Positions 48,396 through 58,511 of a DNA stretch of 64,000 bases are shown here, one piece after another. This DNA comes from an uncultured Candidatus Binatia bacterium (lineage in GTDB: Bacteria; Desulfobacterota; Binatia; Bin18), in the NCBI GenBank assembly GCA_965200965.1, contig OZ241744.1, positions 416,001 to 480,000 on the forward strand. Reading direction: 5' to 3'. A program made the translations under genes and the position numbers. The notes beneath the pieces were generated by a model that did not search any database, was not told the DNA's origin, and was given only the letters and a program-made list of their open reading frames with translations. The stretch's first letter is position 1. The number at the start of each line of letters is the position of its first letter.

Positions 48396-49708
48396 TCAGA
48401 GGGTATAGGCGTTCTCGCCGTGCTGGGACAGGTCGAGACCGAGGTCTTCGTCCTCTTCATCTACTCGCAGACCGACTATCGAGTCCACTATTTTCAGCAG
48501 AACAAAGGCAACCACAAAGCAATACACCATTGTGGCCACAACAGACACAAGCTGAGTCCACAGCTGGCCCGGATTGCCGTATAGCAGCCCTGCGCCGGCC
48601 GGGTTGACGGCTGGCGAGGCAAACACGCCGGTGAGCAGCGCGCCGACCGTTCCGCCCACACCGTGAATCCCGACCACATCGAGCGAGTCGTCGTAGCCCA
48701 GGCGGCTCTTGACGTTACGGCCAGGAAACACAACACCCCGGCGATGGCACCAATGAGCAGCGCGGCCAGGGGCGTCACAAAGCCGGCTCCTGGAGTAATC
48801 CCAACCAGGCCGGCCACCGCTCCGCTGGCCGCGCCCAGGACGGTCGGTTTGCCGCGGACCGCCCATTCGGTGAACATCCAGCCCAGGGTTGCCGCCGCCG
48901 CGGCCGTGTTGGTGGCCACAAAAGCGCTGGTGGCGACGGCGTCCGCGGCCAGGGCGCTGCCGGCATTAAAGCCAAACCAGCCTACCCACAGCAGGGCGGC
49001 TCCGACAACGGTAAACGGCAGATTATGCGGCGGCATCGGCTCCCGGGGATAGCCCCGCCGCTTGCCCAGGACGATTGCCGCGGCCAGGGCCGAAACGCCC
49101 GAGCTGATATGAACCACCGTCCCTCCGGCAAAGTCCAGCGCGCCGAGATCGCCTATCCAGCCGCCGCCCCATACCCAGTGGGCCAGCGGATCATAAACAA
49201 AGGTGGCCCACAGGACCATGAAGACCAGGAAGCCGCTGAACCTCATGCGGTCGGCAACGGCCCCGGTGATGAGGGCCGGGGTAATAATGGCAAACATCCC
49301 CTGGAAGATCATGAACGCCTGGTGGGGGACGGTCGGAGCATAATCGCTCGGCTCGCCCCCGACCCCGACCAGCCCCAGCCAGTCAAGCCCGCCGATGAGA
49401 CTGCCGATGTCCGGGCCAAACGCCAGGGTATAGCCCCATAACACCCACTGCACACTCATCACAGCCATCAGGATAAAGCTCTGCATGATGGTTGACAGGC
49501 TGTTCTTGCGTCGGACCAAGCCCCCATAGAACAGGGCCAGGCCTGGGGCGGTCATCATCAGGACGATAGCCGAAGATGTCAGCAGCCAAGTGGTATCTCC
49601 GCTGTCAATCCTTGAGGTCTCTTGGGCCGCAGCATGGCCTGCACCAAACGCCAAAAGACCGAGACAACCCGCCAATCCCAAAGCAGAACGTCTCCCCATA
49701 TGGATCAT
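48396..49708 (-). CDS. amtB: ammonium transporter, 1-nt frameshift near 48716
   Basis: [36 protein letters not shown]; [11 protein letters not shown] and [12 protein letters not shown] in the second frame. Confidence 0.9.
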
Positions 49709-49774
49709 GTTCCTCCTCCTTTTGAAATACAGGCGCGCGGCCAGTACGCCGACGAGGCCCAGCGGTTCTACTCA

Positions 49775-49789
49775 GCAAAGGGGATGCCA
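49775..49789 (-). promoter_or_regulatory. sigma-54 -24/-12 promoter of amtB
   Basis: TGGCATCCCCTTTGC with exact GG-N10-GC spacing. Confidence 0.7.
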
Positions 49790-49840
49790 GGCGGAGACCG
49801 GGAAACTGGGCGGATTTGTGTCCCTCAGCCGGACTTCTTC

Positions 49841-49875
49841 TGGGTAAATCATAGGCATTGCTGATTTTTTAGGCA
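49841..49875. promoter_or_regulatory. tandem NtrC-like enhancer boxes
   Basis: TGCTGATTTTTTAGGCA (TGC-N11-GCA, 49859-75) and TGGGTAAATCATAGGCA (49841-57), upstream of the sigma-54 site. Confidence 0.5.
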
Positions 49876-49996
49876 AAAGGCCGGGAAAAGCAAGTTCAGC
49901 GCAGGGCAAGAGCACAACACTGGAACCGGCCCGGCGGCACTCGGACACCGGGCGTAGTGCGGGCGGTATGGAGACGGTATAGTACGGGCGAACGGG

Positions 49997-51304
49997 ATGG
50001 CTTGGCGATTGACGATGGGCGCTGCATCTGCTGACAACACTGCGCAGGACGGTCGGAACAAGCTGCGGTCCGAAGACCGTGCGGTCCATGACTGGTATCA
50101 GTTTGTGCTGTCTTACCCGCCCCATCTGGTGCGGGATTATCTGGAGCAGTTCGGCCTGCCAGCCTGTCAGACTGTCCTTGACCCCTTTTGCGGGACTGGC
50201 ACGACCCTGGTTGAGTGCAAGAAACTCGGCATTTCCAGCCTGGGGATCGAATCCAACCCAATGGCGCATTTTGCCAGTGCGGTGAAGCTTGACTGGTCGG
50301 TCAACAGCGCTGTGCTGTCGGACTATGCCGGCACGGTCGCCGCGGCGGCCAAGCAGACCCTGGAACGACAGGGCATCAACGCCCAGAAGGCTCTTCCGCT
50401 GCAAGGACTTCCCGCTGAACAGCAGAAACTGCTGCTCAAGGATTCCATCAGCCCGCTCCCCCTGCATAAGACCCTGGTCCTCTTGGACGCGATCGGCCGC
50501 GCTGGCGAGCGCCAGTTGGCACAATACGGCCGCTTGGCGCTGGCGAACGCGCTGGCGCAGCGCATCGGCAATCTGAAATTCGGCCCGGAAGTGGGAGTTG
50601 GCCGGCTCAAGACCGACGCGCCGGTCATTGACGCTTGGCTCGACGGTATGCGGACAATTGTCCGTGACCTGCGGCTCCATGCCGACAGGGCCGGGGTGGC
50701 GGCTCAGGTCCTCAAGGCTGACTCCAGACAAGCCGGCCAACTCCTGGAGCCGCAGTCTGTGGACGCGGTCATTACCTCACCACCCTATCCAAACGAGAAG
50801 GACTACACGCGCACAACCCGGCTGGAGTCGGTTGTCCTTGGCTTTATCCGCGATAGACAGGAATTGCGCGCACTGAAACATGGCTTAGTCAGGTCTAACA
50901 CGCGGGGTGTGTACAAAGCCGATACGGACGATAGTCAGGTTGCCGATCATGTCGAGATACAGAACATTGCCGAGGCCATTGAGCAACGTCGGCTTGTCTT
51001 GGGCAAGACTTCCGGCTTCGAGCGCTTGTACCCGCGCGTGACCAGGCTGTACTTTGGCGGAATGGCGCGGCACCTTGCGTCGCTGCGGCCTGTTCTCAGA
51101 CCAGGGGCGCGGCTCGCCTATGTAGTGGGCGACCAGGCGTCTTATCTGCGCGTCATGATTCGGACAGGGCGGCTTCTTGCCGACTTGGCCCACTCTCTGG
51201 GCTATGCGGTCGTCGGGAGCGACTTGTTCCGCACCCGGCTGTCAACAGTGACCGGTGAGCAGCTTCGGGAAGAGGTCGTCCTGCTGGAATGGCCGGGCGG
51301 CTGA
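49997..51304 (+). CDS. DNA N4-cytosine-type methyltransferase
   Basis: DPFCGTGTT motif I precedes TSPPY motif IV; YVVGDQ. Confidence 0.85.
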   Translation: MAWRLTMGAASADNTAQDGRNKLRSEDRAVHDWYQFVLSYPPHLVRDYLEQFGLPACQTVLDPFCGTGTTLVECKKLGISSLGIESNPMAHFASAVKLDWSVNSAVLSDYAGTVAAAAKQTLERQGINAQKALPLQGLPAEQQKLLLKDSISPLPLHKTLVLLDAIGRAGERQLAQYGRLALANALAQRIGNLKFGPEVGVGRLKTDAPVIDAWLDGMRTIVRDLRLHADRAGVAAQVLKADSRQAGQLLEPQSVDAVITSPPYPNEKDYTRTTRLESVVLGFIRDRQELRALKHGLVRSNTRGVYKADTDDSQVADHVEIQNIAEAIEQRRLVLGKTSGFERLYPRVTRLYFGGMARHLASLRPVLRPGARLAYVVGDQASYLRVMIRTGRLLADLAHSLGYAVVGSDLFRTRLSTVTGEQLREEVVLLEWPGG

Positions 51305-51317
51305 GGCCAGAGAGGAG

Positions 51318-51742
51318 TATAGTATTCGTTCTCGGAACCGTTATGCGGCGATTATGGAGGAAATTTTCCACGCCAGGTTCAGACCCGGAAAACGCGAAGT
51401 GGAATTTGCACGAGAAGATATTGCTACTTCCGCCTCTCGACTAAACATTGCTCTGCCGAAGAATCCGGGCGATCTGATCTACAGCTTCCGATACCGGACA
51501 GAACTCCCATCAAGTATTCTGGAGAAAGCGCCCGACAACGAGACCTGGATCATTCGGGCGGCGGGAAGAAGCGAATATAGGTTCGTCTTGGTGAGGGATG
51601 TACCGCTGACACCAAACCCGAACCTCGTGGTTGCAAAGGTCCCCGATTCGATACCGGGAAACATTATCGCCTGGTGCCGCCGGACGCTGTGACGCCCGAA
51701 GATTTGGGCAGATACAGGCGACGCTTGTCTGACGGCGCGTAA
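51318..51742 (+). pseudogene. probable cognate restriction endonuclease remnant
   Basis: NRYAAIMEEIF..PKNPGDLIYSFRYR N-part joined out of frame to HYRLVPP..TPEDL..Y C-terminus; no ATG after the AGAGGAG RBS. Confidence 0.55.
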
Positions 51743-51800
51743 CAGGGAGAAGCGGCTTTTGCCCTCTTAGGTGAGGCGCTCCCTCAGAGCGTAGCCGGAA

Positions 51801-51829
51801 TTGACAGCGCTGGGCTGAGGCTCTATGAT
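51801..51829 (+). promoter_or_regulatory. sigma70 promoter
   Basis: TTGACA-N17-TATGAT. Confidence 0.75.
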
Positions 51830-51847
51830 CGCCTGGACACGGTCGGG

Positions 51848-51874
51848 AGAGAGGAAAGATGCCTCTCTTTTTTT
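51848..51874 (+). terminator. intrinsic terminator-like hairpin within the 5' leader
   Basis: AGAGAGG-aaagatg-CCTCTCT followed by a T-run. Confidence 0.5.
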
Positions 51875-52005
51875 GTCGTCTCCTGACCGAGCGGTTAGTC
51901 GCGCGGAACATGACGCGCACCAATGAGACACAATAGCTGCCTCAAAAGCGCCGGGGGGCGGGTCTTGGGAGGAGCTTCGGTTGATAGCGTAAGGGGAGGT
52001 GTTGC

Positions 52006-52494
52006 ATGATTATCCAGTCCAAGACAATCCAACTTGATACAAAAACCCGGGTCCAACTATTTGACCTGACCCAACAGGTGAAGCAGTTTGTGGCTGAGAG
52101 TGGCGTCAGGAATGGTATGGGCGTGGTGTCAACCCTGCATACCACGACCGGGGTCTTTTATACCGAGACCCAGGCTGCGCTATGGGATGACGTGGATGCC
52201 TTCCTGCGCCGGCTTGTGGCCGACAAGACGGGCTATAAGCATAACGATCCGGCCCTGTCCGACTGTGAGCGCAAGAACGCTGCCGCCCATCTGCGGGCCA
52301 TCATGCTGGGCGGCTCGCTGGCCCTGCAAGTGGAAGACGGAGCGCTTGTGCTCGGCCAGTTTCAGCGGATTATTTTTGCCGAGCTCGACGGCCCCCGTCC
52401 CCGCTCGGTGCGTATGCAGTTTATGGGGCTTGGTGACTCGCCCCAGGTCCCTGTCGGTCGCGGACAGCAGTTCGAGCGGCAGAACGGGTTGTAA
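52006..52494 (+). CDS. YjbQ (UPF0047) family protein
   Basis: HTTTG, YKHND, NAAAHL, LGQFQRIIFAELDGPR.R. Confidence 0.9.
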   Translation: MIIQSKTIQLDTKTRVQLFDLTQQVKQFVAESGVRNGMGVVSTLHTTTGVFYTETQAALWDDVDAFLRRLVADKTGYKHNDPALSDCERKNAAAHLRAIMLGGSLALQVEDGALVLGQFQRIIFAELDGPRPRSVRMQFMGLGDSPQVPVGRGQQFERQNGL

Positions 52495-52535
52495 AAGAGT
52501 AGAGCGGTTTCGCTCTGAGCGGGCGAGGGAAGGTG

Positions 52536-53711
52536 ATGAGAAAGCTGGCCGTTCTGGGCTCAACCGGTTCCATTGGGGTGACAACGCTCTCTATTGTAGA
52601 GCGGTTTCCCGAGCACTTTCAGGTAGTGGCCCTCGCTGCCGGCCGCAATGTCGCCACATTGGCGGAGCAGGTCAGGCGTTTTCAGCCCGAGCTGGTATCC
52701 CTGACCAATGAAGACGACGCGCGCGCGCTCAAAGACCAACTGCCCCATTTCCGCGGCACAATCCTGTGTGGGTCAGAAGGGCTCCTGGCAACGGCCACCT
52801 ATCCCGAGGCCGACATACTGATGGCCGCCCTCGTTGGAGCGGTCGGACTCCCGCCAACCCTGGCCGGGGTGCGGGCCGGGAAAACCATTGCGCTGGCCAA
52901 CAAAGAAGCCCTGGTCATTGCCGGCGAGTTGATGACGCGCGAGGCAAAACAGTCCGGGGTGAGCCTGTTGCCGGTAGACAGCGAGCACAACGCCATCTTT
53001 CAGTCACTCCACGGTCATCCCCGTGAGCGGCTCAAACGCATTCTGCTGACTGCCTCAGGCGGCCCGTTCCGACAGCGTCCGACCGCTGAACTGGCCAAGG
53101 TGAGCGTTGCAGAGGCACTCCAGCATCCGACCTGGAAGATGGGCAACAAGATCACGATCGACTCAGCGACCCTGATGAATAAGGGCCTTGAGGTGATTGA
53201 GGCGCGCTGGCTGTTTGACCTGACACCCGAACAGGTGTCGGTGATCGTCCATCCCCAGAGCATTGTCCACTCGATGGTCGAATATGTTGACGGCTCGGTG
53301 CTGGCCCAACTCGGGATTCCCGATATGGCCGTCCCCATCTCCTACATTCTGGCCTATCCCGACCGTCTCCCGCTCGATCACTTGCCCGGTCTGGACCTGA
53401 CTGCGGTGGCCCGGCTCGAGTTTTTTGCGCCCGATTTTGACAAATTCCCCTGCCTCCGCTTGGCCTATGCAGCCCTGCGGCAGGGGGGGACGTGTCCGGC
53501 GGTACTCAACGCGGCCAACGAGGTGACGGTTGAGTATTTTCTGAACGGGCAGCTCCGTTTCCCCGATATTGCGGCGCTCAACGAGCGGGTGCTACAGGCC
53601 CACGCTCCCTCTCCGGCAGCCGACCTCGACAGCCTGCTCGAAGCCGACCGCTGGGCCCGCTCCCACGCCCGGCAACTTATCGCGCGTTTACAGCCCGGGG
53701 CGGCGGCCTGA
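52536..53711 (+). CDS. dxr: 1-deoxy-D-xylulose-5-phosphate reductoisomerase
   Basis: GSTGSIG, LANKE, PVDSEH, HP.WKMG.KITIDSATLMNKGLE, NAANE. Confidence 0.96.
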   Translation: MRKLAVLGSTGSIGVTTLSIVERFPEHFQVVALAAGRNVATLAEQVRRFQPELVSLTNEDDARALKDQLPHFRGTILCGSEGLLATATYPEADILMAALVGAVGLPPTLAGVRAGKTIALANKEALVIAGELMTREAKQSGVSLLPVDSEHNAIFQSLHGHPRERLKRILLTASGGPFRQRPTAELAKVSVAEALQHPTWKMGNKITIDSATLMNKGLEVIEARWLFDLTPEQVSVIVHPQSIVHSMVEYVDGSVLAQLGIPDMAVPISYILAYPDRLPLDHLPGLDLTAVARLEFFAPDFDKFPCLRLAYAALRQGGTCPAVLNAANEVTVEYFLNGQLRFPDIAALNERVLQAHAPSPAADLDSLLEADRWARSHARQLIARLQPGAAA

Positions 53712-53757
53712 GCAGTGCAGAGAAGCGCGCGTAGCGAGACAATCCCAAGAGTACACG

Positions 53758-54729
53758 GTGAGTCAGACCCCGCCCCGACCCGAGGAATACGGTCTCTTCG
53801 CCCCCTCTCGTCCCGCGGCTTCGCTTGCCGAAGCCTACGCCTACTGCCGCCGGGTGACCCGCCAGAGTTCCTCAAACTTCTCCTACGCCTTTCGTCTGTT
53901 GTCCAAGGATCGCCACAACGCCTTATGCGCCACCTATGCCTTCTGTCGGTTCATGGACGACATCACCGACCAGCCCGACACGCTGATGGACGCGCCGCCC
54001 CGCCCCGATTGCGCCCCTGAAACCGCGCCCCATACGCGCGCCGAGACCCTCGCCTGGCTGCTCAAGCTGTGGCGGGAAGAACTCGACTATTGCTATAATC
54101 AGAGACCGCGCCATCCCATCTCCCAAGCCCTGGCCGACGCGATCCAGCGTTTCCCGATTCAGCGCCAGCACCTGGCCGGGATTATCGACGGCGTGGAGAT
54201 GGACCTGCACCGGACGCGCTACCAGACCTTCGATGAACTGCGTGACTACTGCTATCATGTGGCCAGCTTGGTGGGGCTGATCTGTATCGAGATCTTTGGC
54301 TACCGTAATCCCCACACCCCGGACTACGCCATGAACCTGGGGCTGGCACTCCAGTTGACAAATATCCTGCGTGACGTGGGCGAGGACGCCCGGCGGGGGC
54401 GGATTTACCTGCCGGCCGAGGACCTAGCCGCCTGCGGCTATAGCGAACAGGAGTTGTGTGCCGGGGTGTACAATGAGGCCTTTGTCCGGCTGATGAACTT
54501 TGAACAGGAACGGGCCAGGGCATACTATCGGCAGGCCACGGCCACCCTGGCCGACGAAGACCGCCGCAGCCTGGCCGCGGCCGAGGCCATGCACTTCATC
54601 TACCGGCGTCTGCTCGACGAGATCACAGCCCGGAAGTTTCAGGTCTTTGGCCGGCACATCCGCCTCAGCAACTGGTGTAAAATCAGGCTCGCCCTGTACG
54701 CTTGGTGGCGGGGCCGGTTCGGCTGGTGA
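53758..54729 (+). CDS. squalene/phytoene synthase family (HpnD-like)
   Basis: SSNFSYAF, YAFCR..DD, YCYHVA..VG, ALQLTNILRDV.ED..RGRIYLP. Confidence 0.85.
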   Translation: MSQTPPRPEEYGLFAPSRPAASLAEAYAYCRRVTRQSSSNFSYAFRLLSKDRHNALCATYAFCRFMDDITDQPDTLMDAPPRPDCAPETAPHTRAETLAWLLKLWREELDYCYNQRPRHPISQALADAIQRFPIQRQHLAGIIDGVEMDLHRTRYQTFDELRDYCYHVASLVGLICIEIFGYRNPHTPDYAMNLGLALQLTNILRDVGEDARRGRIYLPAEDLAACGYSEQELCAGVYNEAFVRLMNFEQERARAYYRQATATLADEDRRSLAAAEAMHFIYRRLLDEITARKFQVFGRHIRLSNWCKIRLALYAWWRGRFGW

Positions 54730-54735
54730 GACACT

Positions 54736-55143
54736 TCAGGCCACCGCCTGGAGTGTCTTGCCGCGCGACCCGCTCGGGCGGTCGTGATCAGGGATGCAAT
54801 CGGCAATATTGGTCTTGCCGTAACGCGAGCCCGGAAACAGCGATTTGATGGCAAAAGCCACTTGGCCCATGATCTGCTTCACGCCTGTTGTGTTCTCCGC
54901 ATTGCTGATGGGAGCAAGCCGCACCAAGGCCCCGTTGGCCTTCTTGCAGACCTGGAAAAAGAACTGTTGTTTTTTCCCCGGTTCAATGACCAGGGCTTCG
55001 AGGAGCAGCTTGCTGCAGTCGGTATTGGTGTAATACTCGCTGACCCGCTTAGTGCCGTCCGGGTCTCGGAGAAACATCTCTGGCCGACGAATGATGCTCT
55101 GACGCAGGTCAACCGATCCCAGGATGGTGACATCTGGCATCAA
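54736..55143 (-). CDS. hypothetical protein
   Basis: AAGGAGGAGG RBS, 135 aa. Confidence 0.55.
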   Translation of the reverse strand: MMPDVTILGSVDLRQSIIRRPEMFLRDPDGTKRVSEYYTNTDCSKLLLEALVIEPGKKQQFFFQVCKKANGALVRLAPISNAENTTGVKQIMGQVAFAIKSLFPGSRYGKTNIADCIPDHDRPSGSRGKTLQAVA

Positions 55144-55436
55144 CCCTCCTCCTTACGCTGACAGGCTGGTCGCAGAGTGCTCAGTCTCCCGTCCCCTTCA
55201 GCGTGTGATATCCTCACCGGCGATGAAGACCATGTGCGTGTCTACCCCTCTCTGTTGAGAGGCCCTACTCCAGCCGTCCTGTGTGCCCCGGTCAAGTCTG
55301 GGCCGTACGGCTCGCCGGGCCACCGAGGGCGATGGGCCGGCCACCACTTTACAGGTCCCAAGGCGAGAGGATATAACCGCACCCATGGGCGGTCCGCCCG
55401 GTCGCTGGACATCTTAGATTGTCAAGGAGGGCCATT

Positions 55437-56666
55437 ATGTTTTCTGTTCCCCCACCAAGCCAGCTGGAGCATACCAGCCCGCACATTACCACAATCGAAG
55501 ACGCCATTGAAGAAATCCGAGCCGGCCGGATGATTATTCTGATGGACGACGAAGATCGGGAAAATGAAGGCGATCTATGCATGGCGGCCGAGGCGGTCGC
55601 ACCTGAGACGATTAACTTCATGGCCAAATATGGCCGGGGTCTGATTTGCATGCCGATGGCCGAGGAGCACACCGACGCTCTGGGTCTGTCCATGATGGTG
55701 GACAACAACACGGCACCGCTGGGGACCGCCTTTACCGTCTCCTTTGATGCTAAAAAAGGTGTTGGGCGGGGGATTTCGGCCGAGGACCGAGCGACGACGA
55801 TTGTCGCCGCAACGCAGGACGGTGCGCGGTCTGAGGACTTTGTCGTGCCCGGCCATGTCTTCCCCCTGCGCGCCCGTCGGGGAGGGGTGTTGGTCCGCAC
55901 CGGCCAGACCGAGGGGGCGGTTGATCTGGCTCGCTTGGCCGGTTTCAAGCCCCTGGGCGTGATTTGTGAGATCATGCGTGATGACGGTACCATGGCCCGC
56001 CTGCCAGACCTGGAAGAATTCGCGGTCACCCATGATCTGAAAATTGCGACCATTGCCGACCTCATTCAGTATCGGCTGCGTCACGACTCTCTAGTCCATC
56101 ACGTTGACGAGGCCCACCTGCCGACGCGTTCGGGAGGAAGGTTTGTCGCCCATGTGTATACCAGCGATGTTGATGACCAGGAGCACCTCGTGCTGGTCAA
56201 GGGCGAGATTTCGCCCGACGAGCCGGTCTTGGTCCGGGCCCATACCGAATATGTGTTTGGCGATGTCTTCGGCTATAGCGCAGCCAACACCAGCGTCCTG
56301 CTCAGACGCTCGATGGAAGTGATTGAGGCCGCGGGAAAAGGGGTGATTCTCTATCTCAGACAGGAGAGGCAGGGGGCGCAACTCCGCCGGGAAAACGCGC
56401 CGCCGGGAAAACGTGGCCGCAAGGGCGCTGACTCCGGGCCGGGTTCGCAGCCGAGCGACTTTCGCGATTATGGGATTGGGGCGCAAATCCTGCGCAGCCT
56501 TGGCGTGCGCAAGATGCGTTTGCTGACCAACTCACCACGGCGTCTGGTCAGTCTGCCTGGCTATGGGCTGGAGATTGTGGAGTGTATCCCGCTGAACGAG
56601 ACCACACCCCCGGCCAGTCCCAAAAAGAATTCGGCGTGTGCGCGCCAGACCCAGGCCTCGGCGTAG
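55437..56666 (+). CDS. ribB: DHBP synthase (RibB) fused to a degenerate GTP cyclohydrolase II domain
   Basis: DDEDRENEGD, TAFTVS, GISAEDR, PGHVFPL, GQTE; C-domain lacks Zn-binding Cys. Confidence 0.88.
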   Translation: MFSVPPPSQLEHTSPHITTIEDAIEEIRAGRMIILMDDEDRENEGDLCMAAEAVAPETINFMAKYGRGLICMPMAEEHTDALGLSMMVDNNTAPLGTAFTVSFDAKKGVGRGISAEDRATTIVAATQDGARSEDFVVPGHVFPLRARRGGVLVRTGQTEGAVDLARLAGFKPLGVICEIMRDDGTMARLPDLEEFAVTHDLKIATIADLIQYRLRHDSLVHHVDEAHLPTRSGGRFVAHVYTSDVDDQEHLVLVKGEISPDEPVLVRAHTEYVFGDVFGYSAANTSVLLRRSMEVIEAAGKGVILYLRQERQGAQLRRENAPPGKRGRKGADSGPGSQPSDFRDYGIGAQILRSLGVRKMRLLTNSPRRLVSLPGYGLEIVECIPLNETTPPASPKKNSACARQTQASA

Positions 56667-56701
56667 GCTGTGCCACCGGGCGGAGGCTGGAGAAGGACGA
56701 C

Positions 56702-57579
56702 ATGCCCAGCGCTGACGGCTTGGCAAGGACAACCGCGGCCGGCCAGTCGATCCGGGCCGTGGCCGCAGTGAGCACCCGGCTTGTAGATGAGGCCCGCCGT
56801 TGCCACCGCACAGCCCCGACTGCCAGCGCCGCGCTTGGGTCGGACGCTGACGGCCGGCCTCCTGCTGGGCAGTCTGTTGCGGGAAGACGAGACCATCTCT
56901 CTCCAGTTTGTCGGCACAGGCCCGTTGCACGGGATTCTGGTTGACGCCAACGCCCGGGGTGAGGTGCGTGGCTTTGTGTCTCAGCCGCGGACTCATCTCC
57001 CCTCCCGCAACGGCAAGCTCGATGTCGGCGCTGCGGTTGGCAGCGGGACCTTTGTAGTCATGTGCTCTCAGCCCTGGCTCAGCGCTCCGCACCGCAGCAT
57101 TCTGCCCATTGTGTCGGGCGAAATCGGCCAGGACGTGGCGCACTACCTGCTGAACTTGGAGCAGATTCCCTCGGCGGTCAGTCCAGGCGTGTTTGTCCGG
57201 CCCGACGAGAGTGTGAGCGCGGCGGGTGGCTTTGTGATCCAGGCCATGCCCGGGGCAGCAGACGAGCTTGTCGCGCGACTCGAAAACACCGTCACCGGGA
57301 CCCACCCGGTCAGCGACTTGGTGCGCCGCGGTGCCACCCCCCACGATATCCTGCATGAGGTCGTGGGCGCGTTCAGCCTGTCCGTGGTCGAGGAACACGA
57401 GGTGCGGTTTGTGTGCCGGTGCAGCCGGGACCGTGTCCTGGGCGGCTCTGAGTGCTCTAGGGCACGACGAAGTCCGGGACTGGGTGGACAAACAGGGCTT
57501 GGCCGAGGTCACTTGTGAGTTCTGTAACACACGGTTTGCGGTGGAGCGGACTGGGTTGGAAGCGCTGCTGAGAGGCTGA
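56702..57579 (+). CDS. hslO: Hsp33 redox chaperone, two +1 G frameshifts (about 56836 and 57441)
   Basis: PTASAALGR, G.VRG, SGEIG.D..YL..EQIPS, AGGF.IQ.MPG, CRCS, CEFC. Confidence 0.85.
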
Positions 57580-57623
57580 GGCCGACCCCCTGCACCGAAA
57601 GGTCGGCAGGACGCTTCCCCGGT

Positions 57624-58493
57624 TCAGGCCAGTTGTCGCAGGGAGCGCTGCAAGGCTCGCCCCATCACCTCCAGGGGAGCCGGCTGTCCCGTCCACAGGG
57701 AAAAGGCGAGCGCGCCCTGGTGCAGCAGCATCCGTCTGCCGTCCAGTGCTGGACGGCCAACAGCCCTGGCGCGCCTGAGGAAAGGCGTATGCTCAGGCCG
57801 GTACAGCAGGTCGTAGAACAGGCAGCTGGCCGGCGTTGCGGCGTAGGCGAGGGGCGGAAACTCATCGCCGTGGAGACCCACGGAAGTCGCGTTAATGACG
57901 AGCTCTACCCCGGCGAACAGGGCTGGGTCGCGCAGGGTGTCGAGCGGCAGGGCCTCAAGCCGCGTTTTTCCTGCCGGCTGGGAGGCGCGGATGAGTTTGC
58001 GGGCCTTGGCCTTGGTGCGGTTCACAATCTTGACCGCGGCGCACTGTGCCCGGATGAGGGAGACGAGTACGGCCCGGGCCGAACCGCCGGCACCAATCAG
58101 CACGACCTCAGCCCCGCTCGGGGCGAGACCGCTCTCTTGAAGTGAGTTCACAAAGCCGCGGCCGTCCGTATTATCGCCGAACATCTGTCCGTCCTGATGC
58201 ACCACCGTGTTCACCGCGCCGCACAGTTCAGCTTCGGGGCTGAGGGTGTCGAGGGAGCGGATGATCCGCTCTTTGTGCGGGACGGTGACATTGATGCCGT
58301 GCAGATTGAGGGCGCGAATGCCGCGCGTGGCTTTGGCCAATTCGCCGGGGCGGACATGGAATGGGATGTAGACGTAGGGCAGCGCCAGGGCTCGAAAGGC
58401 CGCATTGTGCATGGCGGGTGAGCGGGTATGGGCGATCGGGTCGCCGAAGATGCCGATAATCCGGGTTTGCCCGTCGATCGTCTGGCGCGCCAT
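57624..58493 (-). CDS. aroE: shikimate dehydrogenase
   Basis: G.PIAHTRSPAMHN, NVTVPHK, GAVNT, NTDG.GF, GAGGSAR, NRT, NATSVG. Confidence 0.93.
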   Translation of the reverse strand: MARQTIDGQTRIIGIFGDPIAHTRSPAMHNAAFRALALPYVYIPFHVRPGELAKATRGIRALNLHGINVTVPHKERIIRSLDTLSPEAELCGAVNTVVHQDGQMFGDNTDGRGFVNSLQESGLAPSGAEVVLIGAGGSARAVLVSLIRAQCAAVKIVNRTKAKARKLIRASQPAGKTRLEALPLDTLRDPALFAGVELVINATSVGLHGDEFPPLAYAATPASCLFYDLLYRPEHTPFLRRARAVGRPALDGRRMLLHQGALAFSLWTGQPAPLEVMGRALQRSLRQLA

Positions 58494-58511
58494 AGCTTGG
58501 CGGTCCGGGCC

